From the NCBI GenBank assembly GCA_043820105.1, contig JBDREC010000076.1:1-64000 (forward strand): a DNA stretch of 64,000 nucleotides, in the 5' to 3' direction. Below the pieces are notes generated by a model. The model did no database searches and was not told where the DNA came from. It worked only from the letters and a program-made list of their open reading frames with translations. Shown here in pieces: positions 1-11,987 of this stretch (its first letter is position 1; each line of letters begins with the position of its first letter). The position numbers and the translations under genes are program-made. The DNA comes from Pseudomonadota bacterium (GTDB lineage Bacteria; Bdellovibrionota_F; JAHFAK01; JBDREC01).

Positions 1-112
1 AAGCCTTACTACCTCACAAAATAAAATCACCTCTTTAGTAATCAAAATATATTTAGCAAAGTCTTTTAAAATCAAAACAGAGCACCGCAATATGGTTTCA
101 TGAAAATACGGC

Positions 113-412
113 TTGCAAGATGGGTTTGCTAGCCGCTTACAGATTAACTCGCAACAAGCTTTTGCCAATGACATAAATGGGTTTAAAATTATAGGCTATG
201 TTCCTGATCAGGACACCTACTCCAGTGCTGCAGTTGATTGCTGGGATGGAGGAAGAGGACACAGTGAATCTGGACATTGCAGCGTTCAAATTATTAACGA
301 TTTGGATGCTGATGGAACAGTAGCAAGATATGACCAGGAATTTAAGAGAGATGTAAATAATACTGCCAATTGCTATAAAGATGGAGCTGTTATTACTATT
401 AATGAGGATTAA
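113..412 (+). CDS. Hypothetical protein or gene fragment (Cys-containing, possibly the C-terminal part of a secreted protein)
   Basis: 99-codon ORF with TTG start and no clear RBS; in-frame stop at 101-103; no family recognised. Confidence 0.3.
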   Translation: MQDGFASRLQINSQQAFANDINGFKIIGYVPDQDTYSSAAVDCWDGGRGHSESGHCSVQIINDLDADGTVARYDQEFKRDVNNTANCYKDGAVITINED

Positions 413-438
413 ATAGAGAACTAGAGCGCAAGGGAATT

Positions 439-539
439 AGCTTGTAGCTGGAAGCTGGTAGCTTGTAGGAAAATGCAGGCTGGCATCCGGACTTGATTCG
501 GGATCCTTTGAGCTAAATTCGTACAGCATACAGCCTACG
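439..539. repeat. Cluster of heptamer tandem repeats plus a palindromic element
   Basis: (AGCTKGW)x4 at 439-468; TGGCATCCGGACTTGATTCGGGATCC at 481-506; GTACAGC-like units at 521-539. Confidence 0.7.
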
Positions 540-600
540 GTGTCGTTTATTCTTCTTCCTACTCAATATAGTTTTATAATTTTAAAAATTCGCATATTAT

Positions 601-628
601 TTGACTTTTTTTAATAAGAATCTATTAT
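601..628 (+). promoter_or_regulatory. Sigma70-like promoter with no downstream ORF
   Basis: TTGACT (601-606), 16 nt, TATTAT (623-628). Confidence 0.45.
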
Positions 629-634
629 AGTAAA

Positions 635-747
635 ACAAATATTGTGAATATCCCTGATTAAATACTTAAGTAAAGGTATTCTCTATGGGGAGCCTCCATC
701 CATACAATTTGAACTACCAACATCTGTTCTAAAACTGCAATATTTGT
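635..747 (+). ncRNA. Candidate ~113-nt structured sRNA
   Basis: Starts at the expected TSS of the 601 promoter; 635-646 pairs with 736-747 (12 bp including G-U); internal hairpins. Confidence 0.3.
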
Positions 748-762
748 GCAAATAATGTTCTG

Positions 763-2190
763 CTAAGATTTAATAAAATTTACAACTTTTTCAACTATTT
801 CCTGAGATGATTTTACGCAATCATTGATTCCAACACCACGCAAAACATTTCCAGTCAAAAATATTCCATGATTTCGGCTAGCTACTGTTTCCAAGTTATC
901 CACAAGCACTTCATGGCCCACTAAATATTGAGGTATAGCCTTTTCATGCTTGAAGATCTTTACAAACTCAGGCTTGCAAGCCTTTAAACCCATTGTTTTT
1001 TCCAAAGCTTCTAAGCTAATTTGAATAAGCTCATCATCAGGTTTTAAGGCAAGTTCATTTGCTCTGGCACCACCTAACATATTGCGAATATAGACTTTTT
1101 CAGCTTTAACTCTGTGTTTGAAAATCGATGAAGTCCACAATGTTCCAAGCATCTTCATTTTTTCTTTAGATGGTATCAAATATCCAAATCCATTTAGTGG
1201 GTGTGGAAAACTTTTTTTATCAAAACCCATTCCAACTATTGAAAGGGAAGCGTATGGAATCTTAGTAAAATCTTCAAAAGATTCATCTAAATATTTTAAT
1301 GCATCAAATGCAGCATAACCTGGGATTGCTGAGATTATAATATCAGCTTCGAAACTACCTCCGTCTTGAAAGGTGATTGTATAGTTGCTGCTTTCTGTTT
1401 GCTGCTTGCTGGTGATTTTCATTGCTCTGGCACCGAGCTTAGGCTTAATTTCTAGTTTATTTTCGAGGGCTTGTATAAGTTCTTCAAGACCACCTTTAAA
1501 TGAAACTAGTCTTCCTCCAGGGCCAGACGGACTTGATTGCATCTCCTTATCAAGCCCCTCTTTCTTTCTTTCCTTTGCTTTTTTCGAAGCTAACTTCATC
1601 ATAGCTTTGATGAGTGAACCATATTCATATTCGAGTTCATAAATTCTAGGAAAAGAAGATTTTAATGACATTGTCTCAGGATTTCCAGCAAAAACTCCTG
1701 AAACCATTGGATCAATTAATTTTTCATATAATTCTTTTCCTAACCTCCGTACTGCAAATTCTTTTAAGCTTTCATCGTTTTCAAAATGATATTTTTTAAC
1801 AAATGGTTCCCAGGCAACTCTGGCTTTTGCAAGAGGTGATAATAATGAACAGCTTAAGAACTGTGGAGCTGATTTTGGAAGTTTATGAAGCTTGCCTTTT
1901 GAATAAACAAATCGCTCTCTAGATTCATCATTTGATGATAATATATTTTCATAAATCCCTAAATCTTTACATAAATCAATTGTGTAAGGCTTTGAATTCA
2001 AAAAGCCATTTGTTCCATATTCACAAAGATATCCTTCCTCCGTCTTAAAGCTTTTGATTTTTCCACCAAGTCTATTATCAGATTCAAAAACATGGATTTG
2101 TGCTTTTATTTCGTCGTTTTTTAGTCTTTCTTGTAATAAAAAGGCTGTGGATAAACCAGAAATTCCACCACCTAGAACTGCTATTTTCAT
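763..2190 (-). CDS. hemY: Protoporphyrinogen/coproporphyrinogen oxidase (HemY family, FAD-dependent)
   Basis: N-terminal GGGISGL Rossmann motif, RLGGKI, AIPQY..GH, GVGINDC; heme operon context. Confidence 0.93.
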   Translation of the reverse strand: MKIAVLGGGISGLSTAFLLQERLKNDEIKAQIHVFESDNRLGGKIKSFKTEEGYLCEYGTNGFLNSKPYTIDLCKDLGIYENILSSNDESRERFVYSKGKLHKLPKSAPQFLSCSLLSPLAKARVAWEPFVKKYHFENDESLKEFAVRRLGKELYEKLIDPMVSGVFAGNPETMSLKSSFPRIYELEYEYGSLIKAMMKLASKKAKERKKEGLDKEMQSSPSGPGGRLVSFKGGLEELIQALENKLEIKPKLGARAMKITSKQQTESSNYTITFQDGGSFEADIIISAIPGYAAFDALKYLDESFEDFTKIPYASLSIVGMGFDKKSFPHPLNGFGYLIPSKEKMKMLGTLWTSSIFKHRVKAEKVYIRNMLGGARANELALKPDDELIQISLEALEKTMGLKACKPEFVKIFKHEKAIPQYLVGHEVLVDNLETVASRNHGIFLTGNVLRGVGINDCVKSSQEIVEKVVNFIKS

Positions 2191-3272
2191 TTTCTATTTT
2201 TCCTCTCTAGTGGGTTGAGTAATTTTGAATTTTGAATCTTGAATTTTGAATTAATTCTCCACCTCCGTACTGCATTCTTCCTGCATTCTTCTTCTCTGTT
2301 TTCCTTTTTTTGTTTACTTTTTCCTTCAATTTTTTCAATCACCAACTCACATAAAGCCTCAATAAACATCATTGAGTCATTTAAAGACTCAACACGAGCA
2401 AAATTCAAAATTCCACTTGCCCTTGCGACTTCTTTAAACTCAATATCAATTTCGTATAAAGTCTCAAAATGATCAGAAACAAAAGAAATTGGAACAACTA
2501 ACATATCCTTAAGGTTTTTATCCCCAAGCTGCTTTATTCTATCCTTTGTACTTGGTCCAACCCATTTTGCTGGTCCTGACCTACTTTGATATGTAAGTTC
2601 TGTATGGTAATCAGAATAATGATTTGATAAACTTCTAAAAGTTTTTTGAGTTTGAGAAATATAAGGATCCCCACCAGTCACAAAAGATTCAGGAATTGAA
2701 TGAGCTGAAAATAAAATAAATGGTTTATTTTTCATCTTAGAAATCGATGCATTTATCTTTTCAACCCAAGAGCTGATAAACAATTGATTATTATAATAAT
2801 TATCTACTATTTTTATTTTATTTGAGTTATCCACATGCTTTTTTAACTCAATTAAACAAGATCCTGTAGTTGTTTTTGAAAACTGTGGAAAAAGAGGCAA
2901 GATTACAACCTTGCCATATTTTTCAAAATCATTACAAACATCTTTGATAAATGGAGCTGAATATCTCATTGCATAAATTACATCTACTTCAATGTTTCTT
3001 TGTAATAATCTTTTTTCCAAAGCTTTAGCCTGACATTTGGTTTGTTCAAGAAGGGGAGATTTTCCACCAATTTTATTATATTTTGGAATAACCTCCCTAG
3101 ACCTTGTTTTTGCTATGAATCGAGCTAGATATTTTTGTAAAAAAGCAGGTCCAAGACGAATAATTTCACGATCAGAAAACAAATTGAACAAAAAAGCCTG
3201 AATCCCTTCAATACTTTCAGGAGCACCAAGATTTAGCAAAAGAACTGCAATTTTTTTATTATCATTTTTCAT
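2187..3272 (-). CDS. hemH: Ferrochelatase
   Basis: LLLNLGAP, GGKSPL, AMRY, FSAHSIP, SFVSDHFETLYEID; repeat-derived C-terminal tail. Confidence 0.95.
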   Translation of the reverse strand: MKNDNKKIAVLLLNLGAPESIEGIQAFLFNLFSDREIIRLGPAFLQKYLARFIAKTRSREVIPKYNKIGGKSPLLEQTKCQAKALEKRLLQRNIEVDVIYAMRYSAPFIKDVCNDFEKYGKVVILPLFPQFSKTTTGSCLIELKKHVDNSNKIKIVDNYYNNQLFISSWVEKINASISKMKNKPFILFSAHSIPESFVTGGDPYISQTQKTFRSLSNHYSDYHTELTYQSRSGPAKWVGPSTKDRIKQLGDKNLKDMLVVPISFVSDHFETLYEIDIEFKEVARASGILNFARVESLNDSMMFIEALCELVIEKIEGKSKQKKENREEECRKNAVRRWRINSKFKIQNSKLLNPLERKNRK

Positions 3273-3277
3273 GAAAA

Positions 3278-4354
3278 TTAATTATCTCTTATTATGTCTA
3301 TTAAATATTTCACTTTATCTGGATCCGTATTTGGCAAAATTCCATGCCCTAAATTAAATATATGACCTTTAGCCATTTTACCTTGCTCTATAATCTTTAA
3401 AACCCTATCTTTAATAATCTCTTCTGAAGCAAATAAAACTGTTGGATCCAAATTCCCTTGAATAACAACATCTTGACTAAGTCCGTCTTGTAATTTCTCA
3501 TTCGCCGTACGCTGTACGCTGTACGCTGTACGCACCGCAAGTTTCTCTAGTGCCAGGCTCAAATCTAGATGCCAGTCTACTCCATAGACATCAGGATTAA
3601 TTTCAGTGAAAGTTTCCAAAAGAGCATAAGAATGATTTGCATAATGAATTCCTGGGACTTTATTTACAGACTTAAATATCTTTTTTGTATATGGCAAAAC
3701 GTATTCTTTGTAATCTTGACTTGTTAAAATTCCTGCCCATGTATCAAAAACCTGAAAAAGATTTATTCCAGAATCGATTTGAGCATTTAGATAGGCTATC
3801 ACAGCTACAGTTAATTTATCCATCAAGCCATGAAAAGCCTGTGGATAACTATACATAAACTCCTTAATTTTAGCAAAATTCTTAGAAGATCCACCTTCAA
3901 GCATATAGGTTGCTAATGTAAATGGAGCTCCAGAAAAACCAATCAAAGCGGTTTCAGCAGGAAGATTTTCTCTTATCAATTCAATAGCTTGCATAACGTA
4001 TTCAAGCTCTTCATTAGGATTTATTTCCCTCAAAAGCTTAAGTCCGTCTTGTGTATTTAGTAGTGGATTTTTAAAGACAGGACCCTTGCCCTCGATAAAT
4101 TCCAAATCCATGCCCATTGCCTCAGGAATCACTAGAATATCTGAAAATAAAATTGAAGCATCAAAGCCAAATCTTCTAATTGGTTGTAATGTGACTTCAC
4201 ATGCAATTTCAGGATTTTTATACATTTCAGTGAAATTGTATTTCTTTCGAATTTCTCTGTATTCTGGCAAATATCTTCCAGCTTGTCTCATTATCCAAAT
4301 CGGAGGTGAATCAAGTTTTTCACCATTTATTGCTTTAATAATTTTATAATCCAT
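3278..4354 (-). CDS. hemE: Uroporphyrinogen decarboxylase
   Basis: PIWIMRQAGRYLPEY, ILFSDIL, QGNLDP, HIFNLGHGI. Confidence 0.96.
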   Translation of the reverse strand: MDYKIIKAINGEKLDSPPIWIMRQAGRYLPEYREIRKKYNFTEMYKNPEIACEVTLQPIRRFGFDASILFSDILVIPEAMGMDLEFIEGKGPVFKNPLLNTQDGLKLLREINPNEELEYVMQAIELIRENLPAETALIGFSGAPFTLATYMLEGGSSKNFAKIKEFMYSYPQAFHGLMDKLTVAVIAYLNAQIDSGINLFQVFDTWAGILTSQDYKEYVLPYTKKIFKSVNKVPGIHYANHSYALLETFTEINPDVYGVDWHLDLSLALEKLAVRTAYSVQRTANEKLQDGLSQDVVIQGNLDPTVLFASEEIIKDRVLKIIEQGKMAKGHIFNLGHGILPNTDPDKVKYLIDIIRDN

Positions 4355-4426
4355 CTATTTTTCCTTTAATTACAATATTTATTTGGTCACCAGATCGCCA
4401 GAGCACCAGTCACCAGGTAAATTAAT

Positions 4427-5443
4427 TCAAAATTCAAAATTCAAAATCTCCTTAGCACCCTTATCAAATAACTTCTTTGCTAATTCAACTCCAAGAGATT
4501 GATAATAATTCATTTTTTTAACATCTGTTTTCCAATTTACAGCAATAGAATCCTCAATCATCTTCTTACCATCAATACTCAAAACTCTTGCTCTGGCACT
4601 AATATTTGAATCTTCTATTATAGCCAAACAGGCAACAGGAACTTGGCAAGAGCCACCAATTTCCTTCATAAATGCTCTTTCAATCAAAACTTCATTATAT
4701 GTTTTTTCATCATTCAAGTTATCCACAGCCTGTCTTATCTCATTGTTATCACACCTAATTTCTATACCTACTGCACCTTGAGCAGAAGCTGGAAGCAAAA
4801 TTTCAATTGGAACTGTGGATAAATTTAAATCCTTTAAACCAAGTCTATTTAATCCAGCTTGTGCAAGAACAATTGCATCAAGTCCGTCTTCTTTTAATTT
4901 CCTTAATCTTGTATTAACATTCCCTCTTAAATCACTTATTTCAAGATCAGGTCTGTAGCTTAGTAATTGGGCTTTCCTTCTTAGGCTACTAGTCCCTACT
5001 TTGGCATTTTTAGGTAATACCTCTAAACTACCATTCTTTGTGGATCCTGAATCAAGTTCAGGATGACAACACGCCGTACGCTGTACGTTGTACGCTGTAC
5101 TAAATACCAAAGCATCTCTTGTATCTTCTCTTTTTAAAATTGAAGCAATTTCCAGACCTTCGGGTAATTCTGATGGAACATCTTTCATGCTATGAACAGC
5201 TAAATCGATTTCTCCATTTAGCAAACAATCTTCAATTTCTTTAACAAAGAGCCCTTTTCCGCCAACTTTAGCCAAGGATACATCCAGAATTTTATCACCC
5301 TTTGTTTTGATAATTTTTAGGCTAATCCTGGCCTGTGGATAAACCTTTAGAATCAAGTCTTTTACTATTTCAGATTGTCTCAATGCCAATTTACTGCCAC
5401 GAGTTCCAATAGTTATGTTCACTCTGTACCTTTTTTTCCTCAT
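4427..5443 (-). CDS. hemC: Hydroxymethylbilane synthase (porphobilinogen deaminase); GTG at 5422 may be the true start
   Basis: IGTRGSKLAL, GGKGLFVKE, AVHSMKDVP, GTSSLRR, GGSCQVP. Confidence 0.96.
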   Translation of the reverse strand: MRKKRYRVNITIGTRGSKLALRQSEIVKDLILKVYPQARISLKIIKTKGDKILDVSLAKVGGKGLFVKEIEDCLLNGEIDLAVHSMKDVPSELPEGLEIASILKREDTRDALVFSTAYNVQRTACCHPELDSGSTKNGSLEVLPKNAKVGTSSLRRKAQLLSYRPDLEISDLRGNVNTRLRKLKEDGLDAIVLAQAGLNRLGLKDLNLSTVPIEILLPASAQGAVGIEIRCDNNEIRQAVDNLNDEKTYNEVLIERAFMKEIGGSCQVPVACLAIIEDSNISARARVLSIDGKKMIEDSIAVNWKTDVKKMNYYQSLGVELAKKLFDKGAKEILNFEF

Positions 5444-5544
5444 TAATTATTATTTATTATTTATTAATTATTGATTATTTTGCCCTCTTCTTTAAAATAA
5501 ATAATAAGCAATAATTAATAATTAACAATTAATCTACATTTTCC

Positions 5545-6597
5545 CTAAAGTGCTTTCCCATAATCGCAATAAGGCTCCTCTTCCAAATAATCCCCGCTTA
5601 TTGCATAAGCTCTTGCCCGACACCCACCACAAATATTTATATAGCGACAATGTCCACAATTTCCTTTATAATCTTTAAAATTTCTTAAGCTCTTAAAAAG
5701 CTCTGCATTTTCCCAAATATCCTTAATATTTTTTTCAAATACAGATCCAGCTGAGAGTGGAAAATATGAGCAAGGATAGACTTCACCTTTATAATTTACA
5801 AAACAAATTGATTGGGCACAAACACATCCTTTTCCGCCACCTGGGCCAAACATTAATGATTTTTTTTGGGTTTCAGCTCCATCTTTTGCCTCTTCTTCTT
5901 TTCTTATTCTATAATATTGAGGAGCACACGTTGGCCTTACAATCATTTCCTTTTCATTTTTCTCTATTTGATAATGCCAGCGTAGTATGTCTTCATAGTC
6001 ATCTTTTGAAATAAGTTCATTTAAAACCTCTTTGCCTCTTCCAGTTGGAACAATTAAAAACATATACCAAGCTATGGCTCCCAGATGCTTAGCCAACTTA
6101 TAGGTATTTTCTATTTCAGACTGATTTCTGGTTGTAAATGAGGAGTTAATTAAGAATTTAATATTATGTTTTTTAAATAATTCGGCTGCTTTTATTGAAG
6201 ATTCAAAAGCACCTTCAGATTTCCTAAAATCATCATGAATCAAAGCACTTGAAGCATCAAAAGATAATGAGGCTATTTTTATGCCAGATTTAATAATTTT
6301 TTCACAAATTTCATCACTGACTAATGTGCCATTAGTGGCCATAGCCATATTCAGCCCTTTTGAACTTCCATAAGATGCTATTTCAAAAATATCCTTTCTC
6401 AATAACGGCTCACCACCAGTTAACACCATTGTTGGATTTGAAAAAGATGATATGTCATCAATAAGCTTAAAGACATCAACCTTTGAAAAATGGCTATCAC
6501 TTGCCTCATCAAAAGAGGAAGACCTACAATGAATGCATTCTAAATTGCACCTACGGGTGGCTTCCCAGGCTATCCACTTTAATTCATAATCTTTCAT
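5545..6597 (-). CDS. Radical SAM/SPASM heme-biosynthesis protein (AhbD/NirJ-like)
   Basis: CNLECIHC (CxxxCxxC), [10 protein letters not shown]-terminal SPASM cysteines (CGHC...CGGCRARAY...PYC); first gene of heme operon; ATG at 6597. Confidence 0.8.
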   Translation of the reverse strand: MKDYELKWIAWEATRRCNLECIHCRSSSFDEASDSHFSKVDVFKLIDDISSFSNPTMVLTGGEPLLRKDIFEIASYGSSKGLNMAMATNGTLVSDEICEKIIKSGIKIASLSFDASSALIHDDFRKSEGAFESSIKAAELFKKHNIKFLINSSFTTRNQSEIENTYKLAKHLGAIAWYMFLIVPTGRGKEVLNELISKDDYEDILRWHYQIEKNEKEMIVRPTCAPQYYRIRKEEEAKDGAETQKKSLMFGPGGGKGCVCAQSICFVNYKGEVYPCSYFPLSAGSVFEKNIKDIWENAELFKSLRNFKDYKGNCGHCRYINICGGCRARAYAISGDYLEEEPYCDYGKAL

Positions 6598-6771
6598 GCT
6601 TGTCCAATTACTTGGGAACACTAAAAAATACAAGCAAAATGTTTGCTCAAACAATTAATTTCAATTCAAAATCCAAAATTTAAAATTCAAAATTATTTTC
6701 CCCGATTTTGCTTGATATTTAAGTTTAAGTAAATATGTTAGCGCTAATTTTGTACTACGTACAGCGTATAG

Positions 6772-8214
<1,443 letters not shown>

Positions 8215-8393
8215 TTAATTCAAGATTCAAGATTCAAAATTCAAAATTCAAGATTACATTTCAAATTTGAAAATTCAAAATTATAATATACCAAATTCTA
8301 CAAAATATAAAAATCTAGACATCTTTTTTGTATTCAGTATTCTGTATTCAGTATTCAGAAATTACTGTTATGAGTTAATATTAAGGCAAACAA

Positions 8394-11369
8394 ATGAAAG
8401 ATTTTAAAACATTATTGAAAGAACAGGGTTTTCAAAAGCGCTTTCAGGAATTCCATAATTTAATGAGATATAGAGTCAAAGAAGTTTTGATTGTTTCAAG
8501 TTTATATGACTCTTTTATTTTAGAAGAAGATGGTCAATTCTATGATCAAATCTTTTCTGAATATCATGATCTTAACCTAAGTCAGGCTCCTATTGTAACA
8601 AGAGTTTCTAATGCAAAAGAGGCTCTTAAAATGCTAAAAGAAGAAAAGCGCTTTGATCTTGTTATTACTACCTTGAATCTCAAAGATATGGAAGCAAAGG
8701 AGTTCGCAAATAAGGTTAAAACCTTAGGTCTTGATATACCTGTTGTTCTTCTTACTTATAATACAAGAGAGTTAAATGAAATCAGCAAAGAATCACAAAA
8801 CCACCTATTTGAGAAAGTATTTTTATGGCAAGGTGATTTTAGAATATTTATTGCCATCATAAAATTTATTGAAGATAAAAAAAATGTTGATCATGATACT
8901 AAGACCGTTGGTGTTCAAAGCATTATATTGATTGAAGATAATGTGCATTATTATTCTTCATTTTTACCTCTTATTTATGATCAGCTCTTTTTACACTCAC
9001 AGAGTTTAATTTCTGAAGGTATTAACGTAGCTCAAAAACTTCTAAGAATGAGAGCAAGACCTAAAATCCTTTTATGCAGCAACTATGAAGAAGCTGAAAA
9101 TTATTATAATAAATATGAATCATGCATTCTTGGTGTTATTTCTGATGTTGAATTTCCACGAAATGGTGTACTTGAAGAAGATGCAGGCCTTGTTTTTGGA
9201 AAACAAGTTAAATCATCACACTTTGATATACCAATACTTTTGCAATCAGACTCTCCGAAATGGAAGGAACATGCAAATAATATTGGTGCTTCATTTTTAT
9301 TAAAGTCTTCCAATACACTGCTTCACGAACTCCAGGAATTTATGAAAACACGTTTTGGTTTTGGTGATTTTGTTTTTCGAAAACCAGATGGCAAAGAAAT
9401 TTCAAATGCTCCAGACCTAAAAGCTTTAGAAAAAGAACTTTATGTAATATCAGATGAATCCTTAAGTTATCATGCAGCAAGAAATCATTTTTCTACCTGG
9501 TTAAAATCAAGAACAGAATTTTACCTGGCACTGAAACTAAGACCCCGTTCAGAAGATGATTTTGTAGACTTAGATTCAATGAGAAGGCATATTATTAGTT
9601 CTTTAAGAGACTACAGGCAGCAAAAATCAAGAAGCATAGTTTCAGATTTTGATCCAAAGACATTTGACATCTCATCAAGTGTTGCAAAAATTGGTGGTGG
9701 ATCTTTAGGTGGAAAAGCAAGAGGTCTCGCTTTTGTCAATACCCTAATTAGCAATTTTCATATAAGACATATTTATAAAGGAATTCAAATTTCCATCCCC
9801 CCTGCGATTGTACTGGGAACAGATGTGTTTGATCAATATATGCAAAACAACGATTTGCTTGATTATGCAATAGAGCAAAAAAAAGATGAAAAAATTCTCA
9901 AAAAATTTCTTAAAGCAAAATTTCCAAAACAAATTAAAAAACAGTTACAAAACTATTTAGAACTAATTGATTATCCATTAGCAGTTAGATCATCATCACT
10001 CTTAGAAGATTCTAAGCATCAACCATTTGCAGGAATTTATGAAACCTACATGATCCCCAATAACCACTATGACATTAATATTCGCTTAAAGCAGCTAGTT
10101 AGAGCTATAAAGCAAGTTTATGCATCTGCTTTTTCTTCAAGATCAAAAGCATATATAAAAGCAACTCACTACAGGCTTGAAGAAGAAAAAATGGCAGTTA
10201 TTATTCAAAAGCTAGTTGGCTCTAGGTTTAATGACAGATACTATCCTAATTTTTCAGGTGTAGCAAGGACTCACAATTTCTATCCAAGGCCTCCTGCCCT
10301 ATCTTCAGATGGAATAGTATCTATTAGTCTTGGCTTAGGTGAAATGGTTGTTGGTGGTGGACCTGTAATGAGATTCTGTCCCAAATATCCCAATCATGAC
10401 CTTCATTTTGCCAACATCGAAGACATGCTTGAATATTCACAAAAGGATTTTTTTGCTTTAAAACTTCCAGATCCAAAAGCTGAAATTGATCCTAATGAGC
10501 TCGAAACAATTAAGCTTGGAAAATATAGTTTAAAAGAAGCTGAAACTGACGGAAGCCTTTCATATATTGGATCCAGCTACTCTCCTGAAGATGATAGATT
10601 AAGTGAAGGAGTTTCACGAAATGGTGTTAGAGTCATCACTTTTGCACCAATTTTGAAAGGCAAAATGTTTCCTTTATCTGAAATTGTCCAATTAATTATG
10701 GACATGGGATCCTGGGGGCTTAATTCACCCGTTGAAATTGAATTCTCAGTTAATCTTTCAACTCCAGCAAATACCAACAAGAAATTTGCTATCCTACAAA
10801 TAAGACCACTTGTTAAAAGCCATGAAGCGGAAGAACTAAATGTTGAAGAAAAAGATAAATCCAAGATTCTATGCAAAAGTGCAAATGTTTTAGGAAATGG
10901 AAAAATTCAAGAAATTTATGATATAATAACAGTTGATCCTGAAAAATTTGATAGAGCAAAAACAAAAGAAGTTGCAACAGAAATAAGTCAACTAAATTCA
11001 AGACTTGCTTCTGAAAATATTCCTTATATGATTTTTGGTATGGGAAGATGGGGATCATCTGATCCATGGTTAGGTATTCCAGTGACATGGGAACAAATTA
11101 ATGGAGCCCATGTAATGATTGAAACAGGCTTTAAAGATATAAAAGTTGATCCCTCCCAGGGTAGCCATTTCTTTCAGAATCTAACATCTTTTCAAATTGG
11201 ATATTTTACAATTAGTCCCAAAACAACTGAGGACTTCGTTGATTGGAATTTTTTAACAAAAGAAAAATCAATATCAGAATTCCAATACATAAAACATTTA
11301 CGCTTTAAAAAACCATTAATTGTTAAAATGAATGGACAGACAAATAAAGGAATAATTTTAAAACCTTGA
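8394..11369 (+). CDS. Receiver-like domains fused to a PEP-synthase/PPDK N-terminal (nucleotide-binding) domain
   Basis: Receiver-like N-terminus; GGKARGL, PLAVRSSSLLED, FAGIYET, GRWGSSDPWLG, SQGSHFF. Confidence 0.8.
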   Translation: MKDFKTLLKEQGFQKRFQEFHNLMRYRVKEVLIVSSLYDSFILEEDGQFYDQIFSEYHDLNLSQAPIVTRVSNAKEALKMLKEEKRFDLVITTLNLKDMEAKEFANKVKTLGLDIPVVLLTYNTRELNEISKESQNHLFEKVFLWQGDFRIFIAIIKFIEDKKNVDHDTKTVGVQSIILIEDNVHYYSSFLPLIYDQLFLHSQSLISEGINVAQKLLRMRARPKILLCSNYEEAENYYNKYESCILGVISDVEFPRNGVLEEDAGLVFGKQVKSSHFDIPILLQSDSPKWKEHANNIGASFLLKSSNTLLHELQEFMKTRFGFGDFVFRKPDGKEISNAPDLKALEKELYVISDESLSYHAARNHFSTWLKSRTEFYLALKLRPRSEDDFVDLDSMRRHIISSLRDYRQQKSRSIVSDFDPKTFDISSSVAKIGGGSLGGKARGLAFVNTLISNFHIRHIYKGIQISIPPAIVLGTDVFDQYMQNNDLLDYAIEQKKDEKILKKFLKAKFPKQIKKQLQNYLELIDYPLAVRSSSLLEDSKHQPFAGIYETYMIPNNHYDINIRLKQLVRAIKQVYASAFSSRSKAYIKATHYRLEEEKMAVIIQKLVGSRFNDRYYPNFSGVARTHNFYPRPPALSSDGIVSISLGLGEMVVGGGPVMRFCPKYPNHDLHFANIEDMLEYSQKDFFALKLPDPKAEIDPNELETIKLGKYSLKEAETDGSLSYIGSSYSPEDDRLSEGVSRNGVRVITFAPILKGKMFPLSEIVQLIMDMGSWGLNSPVEIEFSVNLSTPANTNKKFAILQIRPLVKSHEAEELNVEEKDKSKILCKSANVLGNGKIQEIYDIITVDPEKFDRAKTKEVATEISQLNSRLASENIPYMIFGMGRWGSSDPWLGIPVTWEQINGAHVMIETGFKDIKVDPSQGSHFFQNLTSFQIGYFTISPKTTEDFVDWNFLTKEKSISEFQYIKHLRFKKPLIVKMNGQTNKGIILKP

Positions 11370-11591
11370 TTTGCTAGTCTTTTTAATCAGGAACTGGAAT
11401 AGAAATAGGAGAAGTCAGGTCATTTCTTGATATTATACTGATTTTACTAATAAAATCTATGAAATTGCTGTTTTGCGTGTTTATTTTAGCTTGCTTATGC
11501 ATCTTATTGTCCCCACAATTAAGTTTCTTTAGGTTTCATACAAGCAAGCCCCTAAATTTGAGGCTTTCTTGTAAATCTATAGATATAAAAA

Positions 11592-11607
11592 AGCAAGTTC
11601 TTTGCCA
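11592..11607 (-). promoter_or_regulatory. Possible sigma54 promoter
   Basis: TGGCAA-AGAAC-TTGCT on the minus strand, correct -24/-12 spacing. Confidence 0.4.
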
Positions 11608-11803
11608 AAATTTCATGTTTTTTATTTTTCTTTCATTTCAACAGGTTATATCATGCTAGCCTGAAACTATTAATCTAAAGGTGGGAGTTTTGCCTTTTTA
11701 CGTAAATTTTTTCAGGGAAATTTCCTAAATTGTGACAATTATTGAATGTCTTTTACAATAAATATATGTTATAGTTAAATAAGTTACCTGATTTTAGGAA
11801 GGG

Positions 11804-11962
11804 ATGGTAATGGAAAGAATTAAAAGTCCAAAACCCCAAAATATAACTGATGGCTTAATAAATTCAGATTATTCGCTAAATCGTCAACAAAATCCATACC
11901 TAAAAGAAAATCCCTTACAAAAGGAAGTGCCGAATAAAACCGGCAGGATCAGCAACAATTAA
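11804..11962 (+). CDS. Small protein 1 (50-52 aa; MVMERIKSPKPQNITDGLINSDY...KTGRISNN)
   Basis: RBS AGGAAGG; shares motifs with the next two ORFs; below the ORF-track cutoff. Confidence 0.55.
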   Translation: MVMERIKSPKPQNITDGLINSDYSLNRQQNPYLKENPLQKEVPNKTGRISNN

Positions 11963-11987
11963 TAATGACCAGAAGGAGAGTGACAAA

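Noticed and set aside
11459-11659. 66-aa + strand ORF
   Set aside because: No RBS or motif; the region is better explained by minus-strand promoter and stem features
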